A stretch of DNA of 64,000 nucleotides from Paramecium tetraurelia (taxonomy: Eukaryota): positions 186,001-250,000 of the forward strand of contig CT868031.1 in the NCBI GenBank assembly GCA_000165425.1, in the 5' to 3' direction. Position 1 is the stretch's first letter; the number at the start of each line of letters is the position of its first letter. The position numbers were made by a program, and so were the translations under genes. Below, one piece after another: positions 1-13,767 of the stretch. Under the pieces are notes generated by a model. The model was given only the letters and a program-made list of their open reading frames with translations. It was not told the origin of the DNA and did no database searches.

Positions 1-465
1 ATATTTCCCTCTCTCTAAATCCACGATATTGACAGGATTGTCTTATTCTAGGAAGTCTTCCAGTCCCGTACTTTTGCTCTACTGAATATAGACATCTTCT
101 TCTGCTTCCAATTCTCCAATGAAACAACGCAACTTGTTACCCTGTAAACCATGAGATAATAATCGAGGATAAATGAACATAAAAGATTTGCCATTCAAAT
201 TCAATGATTACCACAATTCCTTCTTTTATCCATGCTTAACTTGAATGGCTTCAACTAGTTATCTCTCTTAAGGAGATAATTCTTCCATCTTTTTCGGGAA
301 GTTGAACCAACATATTCTAATATTCGTGATAAAAAGGGATCCAGGAATAGGCTCCAATGAAATTTAAGCGTCGTTTTATCCATAAATTTTGGCTTTGATG
401 TTTTAAAACAAATGAAGTTTTTCCTCATTCTAAAGCAAATCGAAAGGGTATGCAATACCATTCAT
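1..465 (-). CDS. pICln/Voldacs-domain-like protein (5' part; runs off the window start)
   Basis: Table-6 frame from ATG 465: MNGIAYPFDLL...PGSLFITNIRICWF...GKSFMFIYPRLLSHGLQ. This resembles the pICln motifs GTLYIAESRLSW and FSLEYPTISLHA, recalled from memory. Confidence 0.55.
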
Positions 466-498
466 ATTCTGTTATAAAAAATAAATATAATTGTAAAT

Positions 499-1952
499 AT
501 GTTCTGCCTTTGTGGATCAAAATAGGAAAACAAAGAATAAGAACATGCTTAAAGCACAAATAGAACTACTCTTCAATCCAAAATGAGATTAAATAATTCT
601 GCCAGTCCAAATAGTATTAGCATTGCTCAAGACTGCAATAGAGTCAGTCAAGAATACACAGATTTCTTGTGTGAGTACGAGAAAAGTTAATAAGAAAAGT
701 CTTACTTCTTTGACGAATATGAATGTTCCCCTTACTAGAAACTGGAAGTAGCATATTTTATGTTTAAATTAAGGAATCAAAAACCGATTATGAAGAATCT
801 ATGCTGATGCACTAAGGAGATGGATTATTAGTGAAATCAATCAAAGTCAATCAATAATCCATTGCAAAATTGAAAGATACATTTACAGCATTTATAATGA
901 GAATTCTCTATGATATTAAGTCGTTCTTTGATGTACTAAAATTCCAATTATATTAAAATAGATCACTCCTCTTTAGGAAGTCAAATTTGTAAAATCGCTT
1001 GTGCCCAACATCCTGACCGAGTTGACCTATCGAAGAGTCAAAAATGATAAGCTATTGATTGCTCATGATCCTACAGGAAGCTTCTTGCTTAAACACCTTT
1101 CCTCCAGTCAATAGATCTATTTCATAGAAGAAACTCAAGTGTTTAGACCAATCTTAGAAAAAGGAATTGAAGTTTTGAATTGCTAGAATAAGTTACATTT
1201 CATAGCTAAATCTAATATTACGGCCAAATTAGACACTGCCATTGTGAGTAAATAAGCTATTTATACTTTTAGATTTGTTGTTTCTTCATGATATTCCTAT
1301 ATATAGTGTAATTTGGGAGTACTTGGATTTGGCACATGATCTAATACTAATCCTCTCTCCAAAGTTAGAGTATCATGAAATGATATCACAATTGAGGTAA
1401 GGAATAAAGAATAGTGCACAGTCGCATATCTACTGCAGTGTAGAAATTCAGTCTGTTTATGAATACAATAAGCTCATAGCCTTTATTGTTTATTATGGCG
1501 ATATATCAGAGATTAAACAAAATTAACAATTGCATTTTCTGTATAAATGCATATCCAAGACAGTTCAGAAAACATTTAAATACAAGGAGTTTCTGAAAAA
1601 TTTGAGGAGTCAGATTGGAGTGATGAAACTGGTCGATTTGTTTTCTCTCTACGGACTATTATTCGATAGTTCGGATGAGAATTTCAAACGATTCTACAAG
1701 CAAGTTAAGAAAGAATACTTTCCGACAATAAAATCTCAAAAGTTCATATAAGTTGATAGCATCAAATCATCCACTGAATCTGAGAGCGAAGGGATTCAAG
1801 AGATATCATCTGTAAACTCCCTTGAAACTGAATTCAAATCTTATAGTAAAAGTGTATCCATACATAAGTCCAATTATGTTTACGTTCACTTCCATTCATA
1901 AAACAGTTAGAAATCAACACAACAGGAAGAACAAATTTAAATCAGTCAATGA
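499..1952 (+). CDS. Divergent trimethylguanosine synthase (TGS1)-like protein
   Basis: MFCLCGSK... with short introns at about 748, 932 and 1247. LYDIKSFFDITPLQE resembles TGS1 EGWFSVTPE, and SVEIQSVYEYNKLIAFIVYYGDI resembles the TGS1 C-terminal [22 protein letters not shown]. TGA at 1950-1952. Confidence 0.55.
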
Positions 1953-2162
1953 TGTTTATTTATTATTATTTATAACTAAAAGTACTTTAGGAGATAAATT
2001 CCACATTCTCAGTTTTGCTATATTGATGTGATTATTTCATCTAATCGAGTAGGTTTTGCCCTTTCATGGTTCTAATTGACTTTTTCAGCAAATGAGTTTG
2101 GTTGATTTGGATCATTAGATATAGTGTAGCTTAGTAATTATTTAATAATTTTTATATTTATA

Positions 2163-2932
2163 ATGAAGACGAAACCCAAAATGAATCAATCAACTTCAGC
2201 TAAGAAATTGAACACTCAATTACCATCGGATTCTTTAAGGAGTAGTCAAATTAAGGAAGAAATTCGGGATGATTTGACGTCTTGGGACAGCAGATTTGAA
2301 TCGACAGCCATAGATTATCCCTTCTCTAAATATATGAATCCAAATAAATTAACAAAAAAAGTATTTAATCAAACACATTCAAGAAAGGAATTCCTGATAC
2401 AAGTAGAGAGTAGAGTGCAAGACTTAAAAAGTCCAATACAAATTCTACTCTCATATCTAGTCCTCGTCTGATGTCCCCCAAGGAACAAGTTGAAGTGATT
2501 CATTATCTTGAATTAAAAAATAAGACTCTACTTGAAGAAAACAAGCGGAAGGAGCATCTTATTGCAAAGCTCTTGAAGAATAAATCACCACCGAAAGAAA
2601 ATATTAAAATAGCTCTACAGTATCCTCCCAAGTCTGCTGAATTATGTTCTCCTGCTACTCGATTTCCATAATTAGCCACTCCGCAACCAAATGAATTCTA
2701 AGTTCCAATGTTTTAGAAGAACCCTTAAGTTAAAGTGATTCAAAACGATTAAAATTATAGTTTTGGAAAATTGCAAGATGAAGAACGAGACAACAAGACT
2801 AAGTCTTAATTTGCTAAACTTGTAAATGGTGGTGGTAATTAAAAGTCAATAATTAAAACTAATTTTTCAAAGCCTCTCCTTAAATTACCAAAAGAGTTTC
2901 ATCTTCAATCTTGGAATTCAATTAAAAAATGA
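2163..2932 (+). CDS. Hypothetical protein, partly coiled-coil
   Basis: ATG 2163. A 23-nt intron (gtatttaatcaaacacattcaag) joins the two ORF-track fragments; frame stays open to TGA 2930-2932. Confidence 0.7.
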
Positions 2933-3301
2933 TAAAAATAATATATATCATCATGTAATAATATCTACATTCTAATTGTATTTGTGAATGTGTATGTGAT
3001 TGTAAGGGTTTCTGGATTGAATTATAATTGATTTTTTTAAATAATTTATATATAATGTAAATTTATTTTGACACATCACACTAAAATTGAAACTTGCCAA
3101 ATAACGCATTCATCTCATCAACATAGAATTATTGTATTATATATTCATACAGAGTCTATATTGTTACTTGAAACAATTTTTGAATATTTTGAGCCAGCCA
3201 GTTAATGCTAAGTGAATGATGTCATTTAAATTCAGTCAGATTCTTGGGTTGTTACATAAGTGTGAGTAGTTTATTGATTTGATTATTATAAAAAATAATT
3301 G

Positions 3302-4943
<1,642 letters not shown>

Positions 4944-4984
4944 TGGAAAATGTATCATTATAAATAAATTAACATAAAAATATT

Positions 4985-5969
4985 ATGAGTAATTTATCGC
5001 AATAATAATAATCGTCACTTCCTGTAATCAAGAACAAATTGCATGTGGGTGAGAACCTCATGTATTAGATCCATAAGAGAGCCTTGCAAGAATATCTAAA
5101 AAGTGGCAATATTGATTAGAGAATTGTGTCAATGAATTTACTAAATGTAAGTTAATTGAAGAATGAAGAACTCAATGTGCTGCATCAATCTCTAAGTACG
5201 AAGAACCAGAAATTGGAAGGAGATGCAGGCAAGATATTGTCCAAAGTATTTCCATCATCTCATACTCTTTAGTTTAGACCGAAAGTAAAATCTAATGGAT
5301 TGCCACTCTATTTCAAGAAACCTGATTATTCACATGAAGATCAAGAACTCAACCAATTGGAAGAACATCTGTACAGAATTCTGTTATGAAATTAGCAAAA
5401 TCGTACTCAAATCTAAATTGAACACTTGCAAAGTCTTTAATGGAACATATCTTGTAGACCCATCGATCTAAGATCTTCAAAGGACCAACCAAAAATCTAA
5501 ACCACATCAACAATTCGTATACTTCCCTGCCATCAAACGATAACCAAGCCAAGGTAATCTAAGAGACACTTAATAAATCAAACAAGTTGTCAATTAAAGA
5601 TTGCATGATTCTTAATTAACTTTGCAAGAACTAAGAGAAAGATATAAAGAATCTAAGTTGAGTGACTTCTAAAAGTATTTTTTTTAATTGATTGATGAGG
5701 GGGATGTCGGCGAATTGCAATCTTTATTCAAACAAAAGGAAATATCCTAAAACATCCTTAATAGTCCAAATCATAAAGGTTACTACCCTGTTCACTTGGC
5801 TATCAGATAAAAGGATCCTCAATTATTAAAGTTGTTCATGCAAAACGGAGCTGATTTGAGTGTGTTAACAAGGAAAAAGAAGTCAATCAAATAATTATTA
5901 GAAATATATTATAATGATGACATCTACGAATTAATTAATGGGAAGAAGAAAGGGAAACTATAATTATGA
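4985..5969 (+). CDS. Protein with C-terminal ankyrin repeat
   Basis: C-terminal NHKGYYPVHLAIRQKDPQLLKLFMQNGADL ankyrin consensus; TGA 5967-5969. Confidence 0.72.
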
Positions 5970-5996
5970 AGTAATTTATAATTTAATTTAATCAAC

Positions 5997-7059
5997 ATGT
6001 ATTTCTCTGACATTACAAACCTTGAAAAGTCCTTTCGTAATATCTAAACCAAGTCCGTCATTTCTCAGAATGCCATTCCTGCCACTCCTATGAAGAAACA
6101 CTAAGTGAATTACATGGATACATAGAATTTGCAATTCGAGTGGATTTAATTGGATGACTATGAATAGGAAATCATGAATGAAAGCGATTCAAACCCCTTC
6201 TAATACTCGTACTATGAACAAACTTAATGGTTCTAAAACTATCATCTTCATTTCTCGTATCCACTGAAATTGGATCACATGAATGTATTTATCCAATCTT
6301 AAACTTATGAAGACCCAAGAATCCTTAAAGCATCATTCTATTTGTGAATTTAAGAGGAACAAACTTCTGTGTTTAATCGGCTATGTATTGAGTTCGTATG
6401 ATAACACTTCGAATGAGACATATTTTTTGACCATCTCCATTTTTGATAGGTTCTTACAAAAATACCCATATAATCTAAGCAATGAGGAACTCTTAACTAT
6501 CGGAATAAGTTGTTTGAGTTTGGCTTCTAAGTAGAAAGACATTTATTGTTTGACTTCATAATAACTTGTCTAATTAAGTGGTAAGAAAATAACTGAAGTT
6601 TAGCTTGCAAAATGTCAATTTTAAATCTTAAAAACTATACAATACTAAATAGAAATGCCAAACTATTTCAGAAACTTTGATTACATAATGCGTGACTTGG
6701 AGTTTCGATATTACAAACTGTAAGGGTCAAATATTGCTAATAATTCTGTGATGAAAATGAAACTATAGGCCATTTATAAATGCAGTTTAAATCTATTACG
6801 ATTTGTCTCATAGTATTATGATACGACAATATTTCATCAAAGCACCATAGCGTATAGCTGCATCTTTTATACAGTCAAGAGGATGGAATAAATGAATTAT
6901 AGACGGCTTGGTGACTTTATTATAGTTTTAGGGAAAATTCAACATGATCATGAGATCGAGAACGCAGAACTGGCTTTAAGATATATTTATAGACTTTGTT
7001 AAATTTAATTGAATTAAAAATAATAAGAATTCTTATCACAGACAGATTTCAAATATTGA
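5997..7059 (+). CDS. Cyclin (divergent cyclin-box protein)
   Basis: ETYFLTISIFDRFL...LLTIGISCLSLASK cyclin N-domain; 28-nt intron at about 6285; TGA 7057-7059. Confidence 0.85.
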
Positions 7060-7101
7060 TAATTATTAAAATTTTTGGTTTATTTTAAATTTGATATAGT
7101 T

Positions 7102-8246
7102 TCAATAATTATTAACCTGTCTTCTTCTTACCTTTAATAGATAATCTAAGGAGGAGATGTTACGATACGGATTAGTAATATTGGAGAGCGAATTCTTTTT
7201 GGATACTAGAGTGGATCGTTGCAATTGTTTGATAGATTGGGTTAATTAATATTTTAATTGGAAGTCGATAGATTTATTAGTAGAAAGAGTAAATTTGGAT
7301 GTTGGAGTGAGCTGAGGGAGTATTGAGCGAGTGACTGGAATGAAGATTTTGTTGTTGAGTTTTTTCTTAGGTGCTTTAGAGGGAGTGTTGGTGGGTTGAG
7401 TGGGTATTGATTTGATTTGTACTTGTGTGTCCTGGACAGTTTTGAGAGTTTTGATGGGTATGAGAAGCAGTTTATCGTTGATTGTTTGTTGTCTCTTAAC
7501 GAGGAAGTTATGTCTTAATTGGGTTTTAGTGTGGGTATCTTTTCTCTGAAGAAGTTGTTGATGGATCTATTTGGCTTGCATGAGTTATTCGTAAGGGATG
7601 TGAGTGTCACAGGAATTACAGCGTTTTCTGAAGTTGGTGTTAGTGGAGGAGAACTTAATTTTGAATAGATTCAACCTTCTAGAGAGTCTCTTTGCTAGGG
7701 ATATAAAATAGAGATTGAAATTTACAGAAGAGGACGGCATCATCAATAAACTGTTTTTTTTTGTTTTATTGATTTGCATATTCCAGTTATTGATGACTAA
7801 TGGCACCTTTGTACATGAGATGAACTATTTTAGTGTTATCATGTCCACAATTGGTACAGTTACAACTTCTTCTTCTGATTTGTTGTTCTTTTTTGATGCA
7901 CAGTCTCGTTCCTTGTCGACTTCCGAAACGTAATTGTTTCTTTTGGACATCAAATGGTGAAGGCTTTTGGAGTTCAAATGAAAAGGTTCTGGTTCTCTTG
8001 TTCAAAGGACGTGCAGTGACATTAATGGATTGTGGATGCTCTGGTTTGCGATTCACTATGTAATTATAAAGATTGATCGAATTGTCTTCATAATCCATGT
8101 TCGGCAACCCTTGAATGTCTCTCTCTATTGAAGTAGCATTAATGTTTCATACTCAACTGTTTGATCATCTTTTTGGCATTGTTGAACTGAGATTCCTGTT
8201 TAAGTATTCCTTCTAATTTCTTTTCAGGATGTGCATTAATTTTCAT
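7102..8246 (-). CDS. Hypothetical basic protein with RRRSCNCTNCG motif
   Basis: MKINAHPEKKLEGILKQ..., 28-nt intron (gtatgaaacattaatgctacttcaatag), open table-6 frame to ...VRRRQVNNY* (TGA 7104-7102). Start position uncertain. Confidence 0.65.
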
Positions 8247-9595
8247 GACAGAAATAAACAAATATGAGTCCATCATTACTATTCTAAAAAATTTGAACAA
8301 TCCTAAACTTGCTTCACAATATGAATAGCAACTCAATCGTCTACCCTTCTTCAGCTTTTACAAATAAGTCTTGAAAACAGACACATTCACTCAAAGTGCA
8401 TTCAAGTACAGCTAACTTCTCTACTTGAAAAAAGGATAAGTCTATAAGCATTAAGGTACATCTCGAGTATCTAAATAGCCGACTCCGTTGAAAGTGTGTT
8501 AATACTGCTTGAAGGGTCAATGTCTTTGATTAAAACTGATCAGAAGAAGCAAAAACTTGTTACTAAATTATAACCACCAGAACACCTTTTTCAAGCAGAG
8601 ATATATAAAAAGAATGCCTTTTCTAAATACAAAATAATGGCCCTCACTGATTGCACAGCTATCTCATTAAGTTTCATTTCAATCCATGAGGTATGCGCAA
8701 TATTATAGTTAGATATCGGTCTATGGATTCTAATTTGCAAAATACAAAGAAGAAGTGGATTATTTTAGAATACAATTTCCAGATATTAAGCCAATTGAGT
8801 TTATTCCATTTATCAAGAAATTGAAGAAGGAAAACTTTTTGAATAATGTAAAAATTTATTCAGCCAATCAATCTGCCAATAAAGTCTATTTTATCATCTC
8901 TGGAGAAGTGGAAGTATGTATACACAATTGAAATTGCTCCTAGATTTATGCTGAAAATGAGGATGGCAAACTCCAGAGAGTTACTATAGCATGTGACAAT
9001 GACAGTTTTGGAGAAGAAGCATTCTCGAGTTCTGTCCCCAGATTATACAAATATACAGCAAAGACCTAATATTTTAAGAAGACAACTGCTTTTGTTTTCG
9101 AAGTAAAAATTAAATTGTATTAGATTGATGATTATTGCCACACTTACGCCCCCAATCTCATTAAGCAACTGGAGGACAAAATGAAACTCAAGGAAAATCT
9201 CATTCTTTAGAAAATCAAATAGACACAAACTCAAACGAGCACTTTGCCCACGATAATTCATGGATCTCTCAAAAAACCCTTTGAACAGTAAATTCCATAT
9301 ATTCTATCTTTGCAGATTCTTGCACATTGCATCACCCAGATCGAAGGCATCATCCATAAAAATCAATAGGGCCATCAGTCTCAATGATGGAGGGTTGTTC
9401 AATTTCATGGAACTCAACAATCCAGGGAAAAATCATTTGAGACTGTTCGAATAGCATGTGAATCGATAGTTAATCAAGGAGAGACACGAAGAACATGGGA
9501 GTTTGTCGAGAGACAGAACGAAGTCGGTGGAATTCTAGAAGTTGTGGAGTCTAAATTAGGATTCTAAGAAACTACCTCAAATTAAATAACATTGA
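8245..9595 (+). CDS. Cyclic nucleotide-binding-domain protein (two degenerate cNMP domains)
   Basis: MTEINKYESIITILKN...; VLILLEGSM...KIMALTDC; second domain KVYFIISGEVE...DSFGEEA; several tiny introns; TGA 9593-9595. Confidence 0.78.
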
Positions 9596-9637
9596 TTAAT
9601 TTGTAAAAATAAACTATTATAATTAATTATTACGCAA

Positions 9638-12600
9638 ATGCAACATTAATTGAGTTTGACTATTTAGAGTAATGATAGTTATCTCTCAGATTAGATGAAC
9701 AACATTGACATGTCCTAATTTAATCAGAACTCCTTTATTCAAGGACAAGAAGATTCCAAACTACTATCAGATATTCATATGGCCTCTCAAAAATTATCAC
9801 ATTCTGCTGATCATTATGTAAGTGAGATTGTAGGGGAAAGTCATTCTTCCATGTAACATTCATCTAATTCCAAGAAAACAAATCATTTTGATCTAATCAT
9901 ATTATAGAATGCATTCCTGCAAGATTAAGTATCAAAAAAGAAAGAAGTGGGCACGATATCGCAAATGCGTGATTCAAGAATTAGTAGATAGTGAATTCAC
10001 CTATCTCAAAGATTTGGAATTGATCATCGTGAAGTTTTTCGATCCATTACAGACAATCCTCACAGATGCTCAATCTAAGTTGCTATTTAGAAATTTGAAA
10101 CAAATCTATTTACTAAATAAGCAATTTTTATTTGAAATCTCTGGTATTTTGTAATGACTATTAATTTAGAAAGATTCAGCAACTTTACTTAACACACCTG
10201 TTTTGGCAAGATCTTTGACAAGTACGTTTAATTTTTCAAAATATACTTCGAATACACCTCTGGTTTTTCCATTGAAGTTGTTTCTTCCTTGAGGAAGGAA
10301 ATCCCAAAATTGAATGATTTTATTTCTGAATTGGAAGAGGCTGATATTTTCAAAGGAGGCAATCTAGAATCCTATCTCATCAAACCGGTCCAGAGATTAC
10401 CCAAATATGTCCTATTACTCAAGGATTTGATCAAACATACTTGGCAATCTCATCCAGATTATGAGTCACTTCAAGTGAGTGTCAATAAATTCATTGAAGT
10501 CAATTGCAAAATTGATATTTTGATGGACAAGTAAATAATACCTTTTTTAGCATTCTAGTGTTCTCAAAAATCAAATGCTCTTCGAATTGTAAAAATAGTT
10601 TTTTGATTCAATCAATGTATCCATTGTAGAATCCACAAGGAGATATGTTCAAAGTGAAACCATCAATGTCCTGGTCTCTAAATAATAGAAATCAGTTATA
10701 GTGTATATATGCAATGACATGATCATCCTAACCTAAAGAAATCAAAATAACTTAGTCAAACAACACGAAAAATTGTATGAATATCTCTACCTTAATGAGA
10801 AATCCTATTGCAAAAACAAACCAGAAACTCAATATTGCAAATTCTTGTTCACAGTCTCCTCTTAGGAACAATCCATAACATTCATTTGCTAAGACGCAGA
10901 ACAAAAATAAAAACTGCTTAGCTTATTTGAATCCTTAATTAACGACATCAAGACGAAGTATCAAAAATTGGAAATCCTCCAAGAATGCGAAGTCTAATCC
11001 ATTTAAGTATTTGCCAAGGGAACAGAATTAAGAAAGTCCTTGCTTTAATCATATACTGTTTATGTGATGTTTGTATATATAGAATTGAAAATAGATTTCT
11101 GCAGGATCTTAGAATTTGACCTTATTAACCAGATACAGCAGTTTAATAAAGTTGGAAAATATGATCAGAAAGCAATTCCCAGACATCTCGATTCCACATC
11201 TAAGCAAGAATCAATGGGCTAGCAATAAGAAAACCTAATTAATCGAAGCCAGGAAAATCATCATTGAAAACTTTCTTGAAGCAGTTCTGAACTCTCCCCT
11301 CATCAAATAGAATCCAGAACAAGTTTTGAAATATTTAGAACTCCCCCCCTCATTTTACGAGGCTATTGCATCCAGTCCTGATAAGTCTAGTGTAGAAAGA
11401 GAGAGTCTCAGAAAAACAATGAAGTCCTCTTCATTCAATACAGACGACATCTCCCTGAGCGAAACCCTTAAATTTGTTAGGAACACAAATACCATTAGAC
11501 AAACCATGCACCATAAAAGTTTAAAAATTAGCAATCAAACTATCAATATTAAAGTATCTCAGTCTTTTATGCTTTTAGATTATGTTCCCAGATGAATTTT
11601 ACATCTTTTTACCTATCAGTCCTGAATTACGAGTAGCTGATCTAATTGAAATGGCTGCTGAAGCCATCAAATTACAAAGCTATGAGGATTTTAAGTTCTT
11701 TTTAATCAATGATCAAGAAGTTAGGATTCTCGATGATGAAGATTGCATTCCACAAATTCCATTAAATAAACCAAGTAATGAAAGTGTTATGTCAAAATTC
11801 ACCCATCTGTTCAAGGAGAGAGAAAAAACCAATACTAAATTACTACTAAAAAAATACCTATATTTAACTCCAAAACAAGAGAAGAAGGATTATTAATCAG
11901 ATCTAGTAAGACTTAATTTAATATGCCACCAAGCATTTGATGATATCAAGAACTTGAGATATCAACTCACGAATTCTTAATATTAGATGTATTCCATCTA
12001 CTATCTAATTATCAAGTATTATGAAAATTTCAGACACGTAAGATTATGCCACAATATTTAGATCTTTACCAAATAATCTTTGCCCATAAATTTGGTGAAA
12101 CAATTGATTCCAGACAAAGTTTATAAGCAAGTGAAGGAATAGACCTGGGTCTAAGAGATATATGTTGCCATTGGAATAGTGAAATAAGAAATCGAATAAA
12201 TAATCAAACAGCATGATAAGAATTTGCAAGGCATTAAAAAGTTGGAATAGCAATTTCAATATATTACAGAATTGATCTTTATGGAATCTCTATAATAGAA
12301 TCCATTCTATGGGCTTCAAAACTTCAATATTGAAATTCCTAATGCCAGCAAAGAGATATTATAAAGGTTATTCTATATTCCAATTTATTAGATAATTCAA
12401 ATGCCAACTAGATACATACTGTACCCTGGGAGTCAAGTATGATCGATTCATTATCATCCATAATATGGAAAAGAAATTGGAAATATTCCTAAGCGACATA
12501 GTCAATCTTGCACCATTCCCTTTTTATTTTCAGTTTCAAATAAAACAAATTTAAGATGAAAAGTTTATATTCAAGACTTCAAATGGATTAGAAATTTAGA

Positions 12601-12641
12601 AACTTTAAGAACTATACTCAAATATCTCTAATAATTTATGA
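9638..12641 (+). CDS. RhoGEF (DH-PH) with PX and C-terminal RA/FERM-like region
   Basis: VIQELVDSEFTYLKDL and LESYLIKPVQRLPKYVLLLKDL (DH). TRYSSLIKLE...FPDISIPHL...IEARKIIIENFL (PX). TGA 12639-12641. Confidence 0.85.
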
Positions 12642-12677
12642 CGTGAATTCTTATAGATACCAAAAAATAATTTATCA

Positions 12678-13552
12678 TCAATATTTAGTCTTCCTATTCT
12701 CCTTCCCTTAAATAAGCATCTACTATTAATCAGTTGAGTAATTGTGATAATCAGGAAGTGTTAGAATTGATTAATTATTTGTTTTTGGTTCATTATGACT
12801 TTTCTGTCTTTACTCATCTGGACAAGAGATTAGACGAGCATTACGGTTGGAATTGTTCATTTATTCACTTAAGAAACTCTAGTAATTGAACAACTTTAAT
12901 TTTTATCCATCTAATTAGTTTTTCTTAGTAATCATTGTTTGTTTTGTACTTTATTATTAAAATTTTTATCTTTCCTATTATAAAAGTGCATTCTTCAAAA
13001 TCATTTCCAACTCAACATTGTCTTACTATAATTTCAGAATCTATTACTATTGATTTGAAATGATTAATTGATAATTTTGACTTAAATCGACTTAATTTTT
13101 AAGAGATTAATTTTCATTTTTAACTGTTTCAAAATATTCAGTTAATTTTTACAATTTTTCTGTTAGTTGTTAGATATGATTCTTGTAATAATTTACTTCC
13201 TTATTTTTCTCATCCAGTAGTTCTATCGATTAATATGAATTTTGAAAGGACTCAACCTATTAATAACTATGCACCACTTATGATTAAACTTTATTTTTAG
13301 ATCGATTGCGTATTTTTTGTAAAGGATTGTTTGGCTATTCAATTGCATTAACAATAGGGTTAATTGAAAAATGGTTTATAAGATGCTGATTAACTTATTG
13401 TAAATTATTTTCATCAATTCCACTGTGCTATGTTAGATATGAAAATTTACAATTCCTTAAACTTTGCCAAATTTCATTGAACAAGATTTAGCATCTTTTG
13501 ATTAATTTTACATAGCATCCTTAAACCCGCAAGAGACTTTAAACTATTTCAT
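12678..13552 (-). CDS. Hypothetical coiled-coil protein
   Basis: MKQFKVSCGFKDA...; Q/E/K-rich table-6 frame ending ...ENRKTKY*. Confidence 0.6.
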
Positions 13553-13767
13553 TAAATTTATTAATTTTTAGTACAATACTTTAGCATATTAAAAATTAAT
13601 TATAATTGATTTTATCTAAGGTTTTTCAATTTAATAAATTAAAAGCTTTAAAATAATGAAATAAAGATTGTATCCAGAATAATTGGGAATCATACTTATT
13701 ATGGTATAATATAAAACTCATATAAATTAGCTATTTGATTTAAATATAAGAATTAAAAATAAATAAT

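Noticed and set aside
8264..8296. ATG 8264 as start of the cNMP gene
   Set aside because: That frame hits TGA after 10 codons and is not the cNMP-domain frame.
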